Positions 19,982 to 31,104 of a stretch of 64,000 bases of DNA are shown piece by piece. The notes under the pieces are model-generated. The model was not told the origin of the DNA and searched no databases. It saw only the letters and a program-made list of their open reading frames with translations. Each line of letters opens with the position of its first letter. Position 1 is the first letter of the stretch. Source of the stretch: an uncultured Sulfurimonas sp. (GTDB lineage: Bacteria; Campylobacterota; Campylobacteria; Campylobacterales; Sulfurimonadaceae). The position numbers and the translations under genes were made by a program. The stretch is from the NCBI GenBank assembly GCA_964499805.1, contig CAZCMR010000004.1, forward strand, positions 1,615-65,614, given 5' to 3'.

Positions 19982-21085
19982 ATGTTTCAATTATTATCAC
20001 TTTTTTATTATTTTTATTTTTCGATTGTAGGTATCTATATTATATTTTTGCCAAAAGTTTTAAGTGGAGTTGGGTATGATGCAAGCGAGATAGGTATTAT
20101 TTTTGCGGCTTCACCTCTTGTTCGTTTTATACTCCCTTTTTTGTTTATGAGAGGTTTTTCTCTCAATGGGGGACTCTTTAGGGCTTCTCTTGTGCTTATA
20201 GTGTTGAGTGCACTCTCATTTTACCTCTCTTTGGAGCACTTTTATGCACTGCTGCTCTCAAACATAGCCATGGGCGTAGGGATGAGCCTTGTACTTCCCT
20301 ATGTGGAGACGATTGCTCTGCATAGTATCGGTAAAGAGCGCTATGGTAAGGCAAGGCTCTTTGGTTCGCTTGGATTTATCATCGTAGCACTTGTTTTGGT
20401 AAAGTTTTTAACGTCTGCATATATTGCACTTGATTTTTTACTCTCACTTACCTTCGTAACTGCTCTGGTTGCGTTTAGACTGCAGCATATCTCCAGTAAA
20501 GAGGAGATAAAAGAGAAGATAACAGAGACAAACGACATAGATCTTCTAAAAGATTGGCATCTATGGCTCGGTTTGGTACTTGTTCAGATGAGTTTCGGTG
20601 CTTTTTACAACTTCTTTACCATTTATGAGACAAATCATGGCGTGAGTATGGATATGACCATCTATTTGTGGAGTTTTGGTGTCTTTATTGAGGTGATTAT
20701 GTTCTTTTTTCAAGGAAAACTGCTCCATTTCAACCTCTTAAACATACTGCGTTTGACTATGCTCGCAACTGTTGTGCGCTGGTTTTTGGTGTTTGCTTTT
20801 GCTTCAAATATAGGCGTGCTCTTTTTTGCGCAGTCCCTGCATGCTCTTAGTTTTGCTCTTTTTCACTCTGCCGCTATCAGTTATCTGTTCCAACGCTATA
20901 AAAACAAAGCGCTTGCACAGCAGTTTTTTTCAGGTATTACCTATGGTTTGGGAGGACTTAGCGGGGCACTGCTCTCTGGGTATATCTATGAGTACTATCC
21001 AAAGTATCTCTTTTTAAGTTCAAGTGTTATTGCGTTTGGGGCTTTTGTCTTTATTTCTCTTCATCAGAAGAGAAAAGAGGGGTGA
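19982..21085 (+). CDS. MFS transporter (HcaT/MFS_1-like)
   Basis: About 12 TM helices; YGKARLFGSLGF and QSLHALSFALFH motifs. Confidence 0.85.
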   Translation: MFQLLSLFYYFYFSIVGIYIIFLPKVLSGVGYDASEIGIIFAASPLVRFILPFLFMRGFSLNGGLFRASLVLIVLSALSFYLSLEHFYALLLSNIAMGVGMSLVLPYVETIALHSIGKERYGKARLFGSLGFIIVALVLVKFLTSAYIALDFLLSLTFVTALVAFRLQHISSKEEIKEKITETNDIDLLKDWHLWLGLVLVQMSFGAFYNFFTIYETNHGVSMDMTIYLWSFGVFIEVIMFFFQGKLLHFNLLNILRLTMLATVVRWFLVFAFASNIGVLFFAQSLHALSFALFHSAAISYLFQRYKNKALAQQFFSGITYGLGGLSGALLSGYIYEYYPKYLFLSSSVIAFGAFVFISLHQKRKEG

Positions 21086-21093
21086 TTATGGAC

Positions 21094-21825
21094 TTAGTAG
21101 TCCATAATCAGATTTGCTGTAAGCGTAGTGTCTTTGTTGTCAAGACCAGGAAGGGGTTGGTTCACATAGTCGATTTTGTAACTGATACCTGCTGAGAAGA
21201 TATCAGAGATCTTTGTTGTAAGTGCTGTCTTTGAGTTTACGAAGTAGTTCTCAGAATCATCAAAATCACCTCGAATACCAAGCTCTTGCGTAAATTTAAG
21301 ATTATTTACGATATCCCATAAGTAAACTCCCTGTGCTTTATATCCGGTATAGTCGTTTGTGTCGTCACCGTTGGCATTTGGTACATGGTAGTTGTCTTGT
21401 GAGTAGAGGATATTTGCCGTCAGACTCAAGTTATGTTTTTCCAGCTTTATCATTTGGTATTTCGCACCCGGACCGGTGTAGAACTGGTAATCAAAACCCG
21501 AGTAGATATCTGACTTATAACCTGCAAGGTAGTTAAAGGCAAATCTCTCAGTAAAGGCATAGTCGTAGTTTGCTTCCAAGAGATATTTTTTCTTGTTTTC
21601 AATATCGTCTGCACTGCCGTATTGCCCATCAATTTTGAGACTTCCGTGGTGTCTTCCCCACGCTTTTTTTGCATTTGCATCAAGGTTGAATGTCTTTGTT
21701 TTTGTATTACCGTCTGTCTGGATATATCCAAGTTCCGTATGTGTTACCAGAGTGTCAGCATCTGCCGCTTGTGCAGCAAGAGCCAATGAAGAGATTACGA
21801 TTGTGCTAAGTAAGATTTTTTTCAT
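21094..21825 (-). CDS. DUF481/YdiY-family outer-membrane beta-barrel
   Basis: Signal peptide, ELGYIQTDGNT, aromatic C-terminal residue. Confidence 0.75.
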   Translation of the reverse strand: MKKILLSTIVISSLALAAQAADADTLVTHTELGYIQTDGNTKTKTFNLDANAKKAWGRHHGSLKIDGQYGSADDIENKKKYLLEANYDYAFTERFAFNYLAGYKSDIYSGFDYQFYTGPGAKYQMIKLEKHNLSLTANILYSQDNYHVPNANGDDTNDYTGYKAQGVYLWDIVNNLKFTQELGIRGDFDDSENYFVNSKTALTTKISDIFSAGISYKIDYVNQPLPGLDNKDTTLTANLIMDY

Positions 21826-21851
21826 ATGTTTTTTCCTTTATAGTTTAAGTT

Positions 21852-22670
21852 TTATTTGTCTGTATGAACATCCATTTGAGGATAAGGGATGGAGATACCT
21901 TTTTCATCAAATGTAATTTTAACATTTTCAAGCATTTCAAAGTAAACATCCCAGTAGTCATCTGTAGTTGTCCATGCACGAACGACGAAGTTTACACTGC
22001 TGTCTGCAAGTTCACTTACTGCGACAAACGGTGCAGGTTCCTGTAAAATTCTTGCATCATTATTCACGATCTCTAAAAGTGTCTCTTTTGCAAGTTTAAG
22101 ATCATCATCGTAACCGATGCCGAAGATATGGTCAACTCGACGTGTATTTCTGTTTGAGAAGTTTGTGATGTTTCCGCCGATGATAGAGGAGTTTGGCACG
22201 ATAACCATGCGCTTGTCGATGGGCGTGATAATGGTCGAGAAGAGGTTGATGTCTGTTACTTCACCCGTTACCCCTGCCGCTTCGATGACATCTCCAACTT
22301 TAAAGGGACGAAAGAGGATGATGAGAACCGCTGCGCCGATGTTGGAGAATGAGCCTTGCAGTGCTAAACCGATAGCCAAAGTAGCAGCACCAAAGACGGC
22401 TACAAAGGAGGTCGTATTTACTCCAAGCTGATTTAAAGCGGCTATGACAACCATCAGCAGCAGTGCGAAGTAGACGATGCTTTCACTGAACTCTACTAAA
22501 GTTTTATCAACTTTTGCTTTAGTCATTATACTTTTGATAAACGCAGTCAGTTTGTGCGCTATCCATTTACCGACAACGAAGATGATGATCGCGGCGATGA
22601 TTTTAAGGCCATATTCGCTTGCGTAGAGTATCGCTGTATCTGTATATCTTTGGATGTCAATACTTTGCAT
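21852..22670 (-). CDS. mscS: Small-conductance mechanosensitive channel
   Basis: GLALQGSFSN, FRPFKVGD, VPNSSI, IPYPQ motifs; start uncertain (22670 or 22676). Confidence 0.9.
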   Translation of the reverse strand: MQSIDIQRYTDTAILYASEYGLKIIAAIIIFVVGKWIAHKLTAFIKSIMTKAKVDKTLVEFSESIVYFALLLMVVIAALNQLGVNTTSFVAVFGAATLAIGLALQGSFSNIGAAVLIILFRPFKVGDVIEAAGVTGEVTDINLFSTIITPIDKRMVIVPNSSIIGGNITNFSNRNTRRVDHIFGIGYDDDLKLAKETLLEIVNNDARILQEPAPFVAVSELADSSVNFVVRAWTTTDDYWDVYFEMLENVKITFDEKGISIPYPQMDVHTDK

Positions 22671-22717
22671 AGTCAAGCCTTTTATTTTTCGGGCTATTTT
22701 AGCAGATAAATACTATA

Positions 22718-23044
22718 TTATAAATTTTTTAATTTATTTTTGTTAATTTCTTCCACATAGCGTGTAAGTTTGTAATACTCATTGAGGTAGGGAGCGTTTA
22801 TTTTGTAGAGATTTTGTCTGTATTTGAGATAATTTGCCCAAACTTTTTTGCTTTGGAGGATGCGTTCTCTTTTTATAAGCTCAAAACTTACAGCTGCGTT
22901 TATGAGACCTTTGAGCAGTTTTACCTCTGCACTCTCTTCAAAGCGGCGTGTAAACCAGAGGACTTCAAGTGCTTCATGGGCATCATAGTAGCGCTCTTGT
23001 TGAAGGCACACTGTAAACTCCTCTAGCTGTTTAGCTCTCATCAC
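22718..23044 (-). CDS. DUF309 family protein
   Basis: YYDAHEALEVLW and LKGLINAAV motifs. Confidence 0.8.
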   Translation of the reverse strand: MMRAKQLEEFTVCLQQERYYDAHEALEVLWFTRRFEESAEVKLLKGLINAAVSFELIKRERILQSKKVWANYLKYRQNLYKINAPYLNEYYKLTRYVEEINKNKLKNL

Positions 23045-23351
23045 TCTCCAATAACATCATATTTTTTCGCCAGTAGCCGCGCCCGCCTTTGAGTGAGATG
23101 CAGTGGTGCTCGGGAAATCTCTCTTTGTACTCTTTGAGCCTCTCAAGTGTTGCTTTTCCTGTGTCGCAGTAGAAGACAAAGACACTCCCTTTTGGATGCT
23201 GCTTGAGCTCATAAGGGTTGTATGTTACGGTGTCGGCTTTTTCTATGGGTGCGAGAATGGTATCTACCAAAATAACCTCCACACCCTCTTTTTGTAATCT
23301 TTTTTTGTTTTGTAAAAACTCTTTTTGAGTCCATTCGTTGGGATAATTCAT
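23031..23351 (-). CDS. Rhodanese-like small protein
   Basis: VFYCDTG and SLKGG...W resemble rhodanese active-loop and C-terminal motifs. Confidence 0.55.
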   Translation of the reverse strand: MNYPNEWTQKEFLQNKKRLQKEGVEVILVDTILAPIEKADTVTYNPYELKQHPKGSVFVFYCDTGKATLERLKEYKERFPEHHCISLKGGRGYWRKNMMLLESDES

Positions 23352-23388
23352 ACTCTAATTATATAGCAACTTGTGTTATAATCAAAGT

Positions 23389-26178
23389 ATGGCAAAAAAG
23401 AATAAAAAAAATAGTAAGATTAACCAAAGAATACGAAAATATTTTGATGATGACCCCTTTGATGTAGGGATAGAGCGAGTAGAATCAAAGACGCTGAGCG
23501 AGCTCTTTGCAACACTTGGCATTTATGACATAGAGCACAATAAAACGCTGATGGTAAAAACGCTGCGAATGATTTGGAGCGAAGCCGAGAGTGCTATGCG
23601 CCGTGATATTTTAGAGTTTTTTGAGAGTGACGGGCGTGTCTACAAATCACCAAAGGCAAAGGCGGAACCGGGTTTTGATAGAGAGGCAAAGATAGATGCC
23701 CTCATAGAGGAGCTCGATGCAAATCCTATGGAAGCGCTGCGTTTGCGCGAAGCCTATGCTCATGTACGAAGCAAGAAGATAACGATAGAGAAGATGGAAT
23801 CTTCCCTGCGTCATATCCGTTTTGAGATAAAAAAAGAGAAGCTTGAGCGTGAACTTGAAGGAAATTTTGACATAGATGACACTTTTGAGTTTAATGCTTC
23901 TTTTAAGTATGAACTCTACGGGCAGCATTTTCACAAGATACTTACGATAAAAACGAAACCCTACTCCTATGAGTATCTTCAAGAGGCTCCTTTTGAGGAG
24001 ATAGTCGAAAAAATCGCAAAAGACAAGTTAGAGAGTGTTACACAAAAACAGCAAAGCATAGATGCCTTTCTTGCTTCGCTGAAGTATCCGCATGCCTATC
24101 TGACAACGAAGCAGATATTGGATTCACTTCGTGCTTCACCGCCAAAAACGAAGCTCTCTTATCCATTGATATCGCAAAAGGTTTTAAAAGAGATAGTCAA
24201 AGAGAAGATAGATGCCCAGGGAGTTGAGTTGCATGAGGAGGAGATACTGCTGCGTTTGAGCGAAGAGGCGGCACTTCCTTTTTCTGATTTGAAGCTAGAG
24301 TATAATTTAGAACTGCACATTGAGCTAGAGGGGCTTTTAGAGGAGATTTGGCACTCTAAGAGATTTAACTTTGACGGGGTGTTAGCAGAGGTGAAAGGGG
24401 AGTATGAAGCGGAGTTTTATGCTGCTTTAAAAGATTTGGTAGCAGAGTGTGCGAAGTACTCGACACTGCTGCACTTCTCCGAAGAGGAGCTGCACCAACG
24501 TGTGTATGAGTTTTTGTTTGAACTGATGCCGAGAACGCTTGTGATTACGCCAAAGATTGCAAAAAAAATTGTACGCAGGTTTGTCCGCTCCATCCATGAC
24601 GAACTGATAAAAAAACAGCGTCAAGAGCTGCTTGCACGTACCATACGGGATTTTAAAAATCTTTTTCCCATTGCACGTTCCATGCAGAGAAAACTGGTAC
24701 TGCACATAGGTCCTACAAACAGCGGTAAAACATATACCGCGATGCAAAAACTAAAAGATGCCGATACAGGCTACTACCTTGCACCACTGCGTCTGCTTGC
24801 GCTTGAGGGGTATGAAACACTGCTCTCAGAGGGAATAGAGAGCTCACTTATCACCGGTGAAGAGCAAATTTTGGACGAAGAAGCGACGCATATCAGCTCT
24901 ACCATCGAGATGATGAACTATGATGTGGATGTGGATGTCTGTGTCATAGATGAGGTGCAGATGATAGATGACCGTGACCGTGGCTGGGCATGGGCAAATG
25001 CCATTATCGGTGCACCTGCAAAAGAGATCATAATGACGGGAAGTGCCAATGTTAAAGATGCCATCATCGCACTTGCCGAGTATCTGGGTGAAGAGCTGGA
25101 GATAGTGGAGTTTGAGCGTAAAAATCCTCTTGAACTTCTGCCTCATGCTACGGCTCCAAAAGATGTGCAAGCGGGCAGTGCCATCATCGCCTTTAGCCGT
25201 AAAGATGTACTGCGTTTGAAACAGAGCTTCTCTAAAGATTTTGAGGTGAGCGTCGTCTATGGAAATCTCTCTCCCGAAGTGAGACGTGAAGAGGCGAAGC
25301 GTTTTCGTGAAGGAGAGACGCAGATACTTGTCGCAACCGATGCCATAGCCATGGGGATGAATCTTCCCATAAAAACCGTGCTTTTCTCAAAGGCAGAGAA
25401 GTTTGACGGCATATCGCAAAGAAAGCTTTTTCCTTCTGAAATCCAGCAGATAGCGGGACGGGCGGGACGTTACGGTCTGCATGAGAACGGTTATGTGGGG
25501 GCTTTGAGTGAAGATGCACTTAAAATCGTACGCAAACAGTTTACAAAGAGTGCAAAAGAGATAGCCGTGCCGTTTAAAGTGATGGCAAATCTGGAGCATA
25601 TAAAACTTGTAGCAAAGATACTTGAAGAGAATTCGCTTGAAGAGATTTTGCACTTTTTTATCAAAAATATGGTCTTTGACGGTCCTTTTTATGCCTCTTC
25701 GCTTGATGATATGCTTGAGGCCGCAAAGATTGTAGATGCTTATGATCTGGACATCGCGACAAAGTACCATCTTGCTTGTGCTCCGCTGACACTCAAATCT
25801 CCCTATATTGTCGCTGCATATGAGAGTTACATCAATGCTCTGGAGAAAAAAGAGCCTGTACATTACCATGCTCCAAAACTCGGAGGAAAGTTTGCCAAGA
25901 CCTCTGAGGATCTGCTGCGCGCTGAGGATATGGTCAAAGAGATATCACTATACCTCTGGCTGAGTTACAGGTTTCATGACTATTTTATAGATGAGCAAAA
26001 AGCGAGACAATACAGAGGAGTGATAAACAGGTATATTGAGGAGTCTCTGCAGCAAACGCAGCTGGCTCACCGCTGTAAGCTCTGCTCTGCAGTACTGAAT
26101 CTCAACTCAAAGTACAGCATCTGCCAGTCATGTTTTAAGAAGAACTATGTGCGCAAGAGAAGAAGGTTTAACTCTTAA
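23389..26178 (+). CDS. Suv3-like SF2 RNA helicase with C-terminal CxxC-x10-CxxC
   Basis: [47 protein letters not shown]. Confidence 0.9.
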   Translation: MAKKNKKNSKINQRIRKYFDDDPFDVGIERVESKTLSELFATLGIYDIEHNKTLMVKTLRMIWSEAESAMRRDILEFFESDGRVYKSPKAKAEPGFDREAKIDALIEELDANPMEALRLREAYAHVRSKKITIEKMESSLRHIRFEIKKEKLERELEGNFDIDDTFEFNASFKYELYGQHFHKILTIKTKPYSYEYLQEAPFEEIVEKIAKDKLESVTQKQQSIDAFLASLKYPHAYLTTKQILDSLRASPPKTKLSYPLISQKVLKEIVKEKIDAQGVELHEEEILLRLSEEAALPFSDLKLEYNLELHIELEGLLEEIWHSKRFNFDGVLAEVKGEYEAEFYAALKDLVAECAKYSTLLHFSEEELHQRVYEFLFELMPRTLVITPKIAKKIVRRFVRSIHDELIKKQRQELLARTIRDFKNLFPIARSMQRKLVLHIGPTNSGKTYTAMQKLKDADTGYYLAPLRLLALEGYETLLSEGIESSLITGEEQILDEEATHISSTIEMMNYDVDVDVCVIDEVQMIDDRDRGWAWANAIIGAPAKEIIMTGSANVKDAIIALAEYLGEELEIVEFERKNPLELLPHATAPKDVQAGSAIIAFSRKDVLRLKQSFSKDFEVSVVYGNLSPEVRREEAKRFREGETQILVATDAIAMGMNLPIKTVLFSKAEKFDGISQRKLFPSEIQQIAGRAGRYGLHENGYVGALSEDALKIVRKQFTKSAKEIAVPFKVMANLEHIKLVAKILEENSLEEILHFFIKNMVFDGPFYASSLDDMLEAAKIVDAYDLDIATKYHLACAPLTLKSPYIVAAYESYINALEKKEPVHYHAPKLGGKFAKTSEDLLRAEDMVKEISLYLWLSYRFHDYFIDEQKARQYRGVINRYIEESLQQTQLAHRCKLCSAVLNLNSKYSICQSCFKKNYVRKRRRFNS

Positions 26179-27757
26179 ACTCATCAATAGTCGCCTGCAG
26201 TGATGAAGCGACCTCTACTAGACGCTGCAGATCGCTCTCGATAGAGAGAACACTTGTCCCGTTTGCGGTTGAGAGTGCCTCTATGTTGTTAATATAGGAG
26301 ATAATCTCTTTAAGTGCTTTTGACATCTCTTCACTATCTTCTTTTGCTTTGTTGGACGCTTGTGTGGATGCCTGCATAACATCTGTAGTGGCAGAGATTT
26401 TTGTATCGACATTATCAGAAATAGAAGAGAGTGCTTCTACATTTTTAGCATTTTGTGACATTTTATCTCCAACATCATTGATGGACTGTACAATAGTGCT
26501 GACACTGATGTCGATTTCACTCAGACTTTTTTGTGTGCGCTCTGCAAGTTTTCTCACTTCATCTGCAACAACGGCAAAACCGCGTCCGTGCTCACCTGCA
26601 CGTGCAGCTTCTATGGCTGCGTTTAGAGCAAGAAGGTTTGTCTGTTCTGCGATATCTTTGATGACATTGAGTACATCTTTTACCTGATCGGCATCCTCTT
26701 TGAGTGTTGAGAGTTCATCTACAAGTTCATTTTCTGATGCAACAAAACTTGCGATTTCACTGTTGAGCGTTACAAGTGCATTTTGCGCTTCATTAAGGGC
26801 TTGGTCTGCCTGTGTGATTGTCTCCTGTGTTGTGAGTGCCGTCTGTATCGTTTCGTTAAGGATGTGCTGGATATCTTCACTTTTACGACTGGTTTTTTTC
26901 ACAAGCTCCTGCTCTTGCTGTGTCCCTTTACGGATAACATGTGAAGCAATCTCAATCTCTGAAGCAATCAGTTTATTTTGTTCACCCAAAGATTTTACAT
27001 GGTTTACCGTTGCTTGAATCATCTCTATAAAATGGTTCACTTCGACAGCCGTATCGCCAAACTCATTGTTCTTTTTGTGTTCGAGGCGTTTTGTCAGGTC
27101 TTTGTCTCCACTTACAAGAGCAGCGATCTTCTCTTTAAGTGCCGTCAGTGGATTAAAAATCTCTGTTGTAAAGAAGATGTATGCCATAAGTGTGAAGACT
27201 ATGGCTAAAACAATCAGTGAAATAATAAGCGTGTTGTTTGTTTGGCTGATATTTTCATCATTTTTATCAAGAGAAATGACAAGGTCCATTGCTCCGAGCG
27301 TATATCCTACTTGCGCATTATAGTGACACTGCAGACATCTCTTTTGTGCTATCATCGGTTTTATAAGGCGTATCGTGTGGTGTCCATTCTCCTGTTTTTC
27401 AATAACTTTTGTTTTCTTGTTTTTTAAAACATCTAAAATTAGACTATCAGTCGTGTACTTCTCATTTGGCGCATAAACAGATATGACAGCTTTTGATTTT
27501 ACGATATCGAGTTTTTGGATACCTTCAATTTTTCGTGCATCTTCAAAAGCTTTTTGTACAACTTCGGGATCACCCATCATCATACTTGTCGTCATGGTCT
27601 GAAATATTGATTCACTCACCATTTCAAGGGATTTTTTTGCACTTGTGTTGGACATGCCTTGCAGTGTTGAGGAGAGATAAAGAGACATCCCGATAAGACC
27701 AAGAACACTAAAAGAGAGTATGGAGACAATAACTTTTGATTTGACAGATGATAGCAT
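26168..27757 (-). CDS. MCP with periplasmic c-type heme sensor domain
   Basis: Two TM helices flank a domain with CLQCH; HAMP; MCP signature. Confidence 0.9.
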   Translation of the reverse strand: MLSSVKSKVIVSILSFSVLGLIGMSLYLSSTLQGMSNTSAKKSLEMVSESIFQTMTTSMMMGDPEVVQKAFEDARKIEGIQKLDIVKSKAVISVYAPNEKYTTDSLILDVLKNKKTKVIEKQENGHHTIRLIKPMIAQKRCLQCHYNAQVGYTLGAMDLVISLDKNDENISQTNNTLIISLIVLAIVFTLMAYIFFTTEIFNPLTALKEKIAALVSGDKDLTKRLEHKKNNEFGDTAVEVNHFIEMIQATVNHVKSLGEQNKLIASEIEIASHVIRKGTQQEQELVKKTSRKSEDIQHILNETIQTALTTQETITQADQALNEAQNALVTLNSEIASFVASENELVDELSTLKEDADQVKDVLNVIKDIAEQTNLLALNAAIEAARAGEHGRGFAVVADEVRKLAERTQKSLSEIDISVSTIVQSINDVGDKMSQNAKNVEALSSISDNVDTKISATTDVMQASTQASNKAKEDSEEMSKALKEIISYINNIEALSTANGTSVLSIESDLQRLVEVASSLQATIDEFKS

Positions 27758-27810
27758 ATAAATATTCCTGAATTTTTGTTAAATATTTTGTATTATAACA
27801 AAAAATAAAA

Positions 27811-28866
27811 TTATAACATATAGATAAGAAGCTCAATTTGGCGTAAAAGTTGCTCATTTTCAATAGAATTTGCTGCTGCATAGGCAAGAGCAGCTCCTGC
27901 ACCGACACCCTCTTTGGCTTCTCCCTCATCATACTTTTTCAATATGGGAATCTCTGCATCGGCAAAACTAAAAGTTGTATAGAGTGCATTTGGAGTATAG
28001 CTGAGTTGTTCTAGTATATGTTTGATATCTGAGTTTGCGTCTTTTGCAACCCACTGTGTAGTCGCGAGTGTGATATTGTCATGTTTGACACGCATCAAGA
28101 TATCTTCACGAAGAGCATCAGCTATAAGTAGGCAGGCTGCCATCTGTGTACCGCCTGCGAGAATGATTTGAAATCTTTTGGAAGCCTCTATCAAAAAACC
28201 GGCACAAAAGAGCAGCATATTATCACTGACAATACCGAGCTTTTCAAAATTGGACATCTCTTTATCCACTAAAGAGAGGGCTGCGTTTATGGTCTTGCTC
28301 TTAATGTCATGGGGCACATTTAAAAAGCTTGATGAAAAATCATCTGCGCAATCATATCCGAGTGCCAGAGCAGAAGCGGCAGCAGTCGTTGTTCCTGCAG
28401 GGGTACTCTCTGCGAGTATGAGGTAGTTGCCTTTGAGCTCATAGCTCTTTCCAAATGCCATTCCTTTTGCAAATATCTCTTTTGCGTTGATATTGGCACC
28501 TTTGTCAATACGCTCTGAAGGCTCAATACCAAAATGATGCAGAGTAGAGTTTTGCGGCTGCGTTTGCAGTCCCAGATCAAGAATCTCAATGGTAGAGAAA
28601 GGGTTTAGCTCATGTGTGGCACGGGTAATGAGTGCCGGAGTAGGAACACCGGTAGGTGTCTCTGCAAGCTCCCCCAAAGAGTAAACCTTTGCATTTGTAA
28701 TGTATTCGGCATCAAGTGTGGGAGTGAGTGGAATCATTCCGGGAATTCCTGCTTGTGTTATACCTTCTATCTCGCAGGTTTTTGTAACGCAGGCTGCTAG
28801 TAGAAAGTCAGCTTTTCCCTCTGGAAACTGACTCTCTTTGTCTGTAAAAATATTATATGTTTGCAT
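27811..28866 (-). CDS. cobT: Nicotinate-nucleotide-dependent phosphoribosyltransferase (archaeal/cyanobacterial-type CobT)
   Basis: TPTLDAE, PTPALIT, ESTPAGTTTA, LAGGTQM, KEGVGAG. Confidence 0.8.
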   Translation of the reverse strand: MQTYNIFTDKESQFPEGKADFLLAACVTKTCEIEGITQAGIPGMIPLTPTLDAEYITNAKVYSLGELAETPTGVPTPALITRATHELNPFSTIEILDLGLQTQPQNSTLHHFGIEPSERIDKGANINAKEIFAKGMAFGKSYELKGNYLILAESTPAGTTTAAASALALGYDCADDFSSSFLNVPHDIKSKTINAALSLVDKEMSNFEKLGIVSDNMLLFCAGFLIEASKRFQIILAGGTQMAACLLIADALREDILMRVKHDNITLATTQWVAKDANSDIKHILEQLSYTPNALYTTFSFADAEIPILKKYDEGEAKEGVGAGAALAYAAANSIENEQLLRQIELLIYML

Positions 28867-28908
28867 ATCAACTCTTTTTTTGTTGACATTTTAGCACAAG
28901 TGCGAGTG

Positions 28909-29622
28909 TTATTTTGTCTCTACAACCCTGTGATTAAGCGCTTGTGTCGGTCTTTCATTGTTTTTGTAGTGTTTTCTTAGTTTATCAAGTTGCTCTTTTG
29001 AAATATTTACCGTATCTTTAAAGATATACCACTGTACGTTTTCAGTACATGGAGGTGTTGTAAATGAACCTTTGTAGTGGTAGTAGTGTGTTGTGTCTTT
29101 TGGTAAAAGGTCATTTGGGTTTACTTTCACATTCCCTTTTGCATCAAGAATTTTTTCAAGTGTAGGATTCTTCTCACCAATTTCAAATAAAACAGCAACA
29201 ACAGCAACAGTACCATCTTTTGCAACATGAACAAGATGTGCAACAGCATTGTATCTTCTACCATCAATTGTATGTTCACTCATACCGTGAAAGTGAAACT
29301 GTTTAAGTTTGTAATCTTTGCCATGGAGTGTAATGTAACCTGCATCAACCGGAGTAACTTTTAGAGAGTGTCCGTTATCTACAACTGTAGAGACACCGTC
29401 ATAGCTTTCTGCAAGTTTGATAGAGTAGCTTGTGTCAAGCTGAGAAGTCTTCTCTGTCTCTATGTTGATAGGAGATTGCTCTTTCCCTTTTTCGCATTTC
29501 TCACTAAAGTGTCCCCAGTGCTCTGGGCCATGTTTGTCATAATCCCAGTGCCCTTCAACACCTGCAAAAGCGAGTGTAGATGTTGTTAAAAGCCCTAAAG
29601 CCAGTTTTGTAATTTGTGTCAT
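28909..29622 (-). CDS. cah: Periplasmic alpha-carbonic anhydrase
   Basis: Signal peptide, QSPINI, QFHFH, SEH, HLVH, GSFTTPPCTENV. Confidence 0.95.
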   Translation of the reverse strand: MTQITKLALGLLTTSTLAFAGVEGHWDYDKHGPEHWGHFSEKCEKGKEQSPINIETEKTSQLDTSYSIKLAESYDGVSTVVDNGHSLKVTPVDAGYITLHGKDYKLKQFHFHGMSEHTIDGRRYNAVAHLVHVAKDGTVAVVAVLFEIGEKNPTLEKILDAKGNVKVNPNDLLPKDTTHYYHYKGSFTTPPCTENVQWYIFKDTVNISKEQLDKLRKHYKNNERPTQALNHRVVETK

Positions 29623-29820
29623 TGGTATCCTTCTAAATAATTTTGAGAAACAGTATGTAATAGTTGGGCTTAAAGAAGATTGAACGGTGTGATAAAAATG
29701 TAATATTTAGAAGTATAATTATTATTTATGCTACTTTCCTACACGAAAAGGTATTTTTTAGATTCTTTTTAGAATAGTATGTTAATATTCAAATTCATTT
29801 TAATTTAAGGATATATATAG

Positions 29821-30198
29821 ATGATTAAAAAAGGTTTATTAGCTGTTTCTGTTTTGGCTTTAATTGGGTTTAGCGGGTGTTCTACTCGTTTAGGAAATAT
29901 GACTGTTGTTTCTACAAACAATGTAGATGGTTTAAGTGCACATGTAACTAAAAAAGAGAGAACATCAGGTGAAAGTTGTGTAAAAACTTTTATTATATTT
30001 CCAGTAGGTGATTTTCAAAACAGATTACAAGTTGCAACAGATAATGCAATTGACAATGGTCATAACAAAGGGATCGAAGGTGATGTACTTGTAAATGCTA
30101 AAATAGGTGTTTCTGCTTGGTATATTCCATTGATATATGGACAAAACTGTATGACTGTTGAAGGCGACTTGGTACCTTTAGCGCAAAGCGTAAAATAA
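29821..30198 (+). CDS. Small lipoprotein of unknown function
   Basis: Lipobox FSGC, two further Cys, AAGGA SD, own terminator. Confidence 0.75.
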   Translation: MIKKGLLAVSVLALIGFSGCSTRLGNMTVVSTNNVDGLSAHVTKKERTSGESCVKTFIIFPVGDFQNRLQVATDNAIDNGHNKGIEGDVLVNAKIGVSAWYIPLIYGQNCMTVEGDLVPLAQSVK

Positions 30199-30208
30199 TA
30201 AGAGCTTC

Positions 30209-30237
30209 ATTGTATTTGCTTTTAGGGCAAATACAAT
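30209..30237. terminator. Hairpin terminator between convergent genes
   Basis: 11-bp stem ATTGTATTTGC/GCAAATACAAT. Confidence 0.7.
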
Positions 30238-30258
30238 AGCTAATATCGTAAATTTTTT

Positions 30259-31104
30259 TTATATCAGCCGTAGTGCTTTTTCTACATCATCTGCTTTGAG
30301 AGATTCTCTTCCTTCTCCAAAACCTGCTTTTTTCTTCATCTTTCCAAAATAGGGTGTATCACCTCCTAGTTTTATACCAAGTGCAAGTGCCATAGCTGTG
30401 ATAGGATGCCCTGCGTTTGGAGAGTCATGTTTTGAGCCGTCTTTGTAAAAGCCAAAGAGATTTTTTTGTTTTGCAACGAGCATGATAAGCAGCGCTGTTA
30501 TTCGAGAAGGAATGTAGTTGGCGATGTCATCCAAGCGCGCGGCAACTTTGCCGAACTTTTCATACTTTTCGTTTTTGTAGCCTATCATCGAGTCCATTGT
30601 ATTGATAGTCTTATAGATGATAATACCCGGCAGTCCAAAGAGAATCAGATAAAAAAGAGGTGCTATAACACCATCACTTAAGTTCTCTGCATAGCTCTCG
30701 ATGGCAGCTTTGTAGATGTCGCTCTCGCTCAACTCCTCTGTATCACGTGATACTAACATAGCGATAGCCTCTCTTTTATTTTGGGCTGTTATGATCGCTT
30801 CTACAGAGTCACGAAGCATCTTGTGTGCAATGAACATAGAGGCGATAAACGCAGAGATGATGATGTTTATGCCAAGTGGGAGAAAGAGGTTCAGGTAGAG
30901 TTGCAGGGAGATAGCAAGAATACTAACAACACTCAAAACAAACATAACAAGCAGCAAACCGCGAAAAACACTCTTTTTGTAAAGGATTTTTTCGCCAAAG
31001 CTGATAAGCTCACCGATAACAACGATAGGGTGTTTGATAAAGCTGAATTCTCCAAACTTCCTATCTATCAGATAGGCAAGTACCGCGATAATAAGATTGC
31101 TCAC
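30259..31104 (-). CDS. cbiB: Adenosylcobinamide-phosphate synthase
   Basis: HPIV, LVSRDT, ESYAENLSDGVIAPLFY, NTMDSMIGY, SPNAGHP. Confidence 0.9.
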   Translation of the reverse strand: MSNLIIAVLAYLIDRKFGEFSFIKHPIVVIGELISFGEKILYKKSVFRGLLLVMFVLSVVSILAISLQLYLNLFLPLGINIIISAFIASMFIAHKMLRDSVEAIITAQNKREAIAMLVSRDTEELSESDIYKAAIESYAENLSDGVIAPLFYLILFGLPGIIIYKTINTMDSMIGYKNEKYEKFGKVAARLDDIANYIPSRITALLIMLVAKQKNLFGFYKDGSKHDSPNAGHPITAMALALGIKLGGDTPYFGKMKKKAGFGEGRESLKADDVEKALRLI

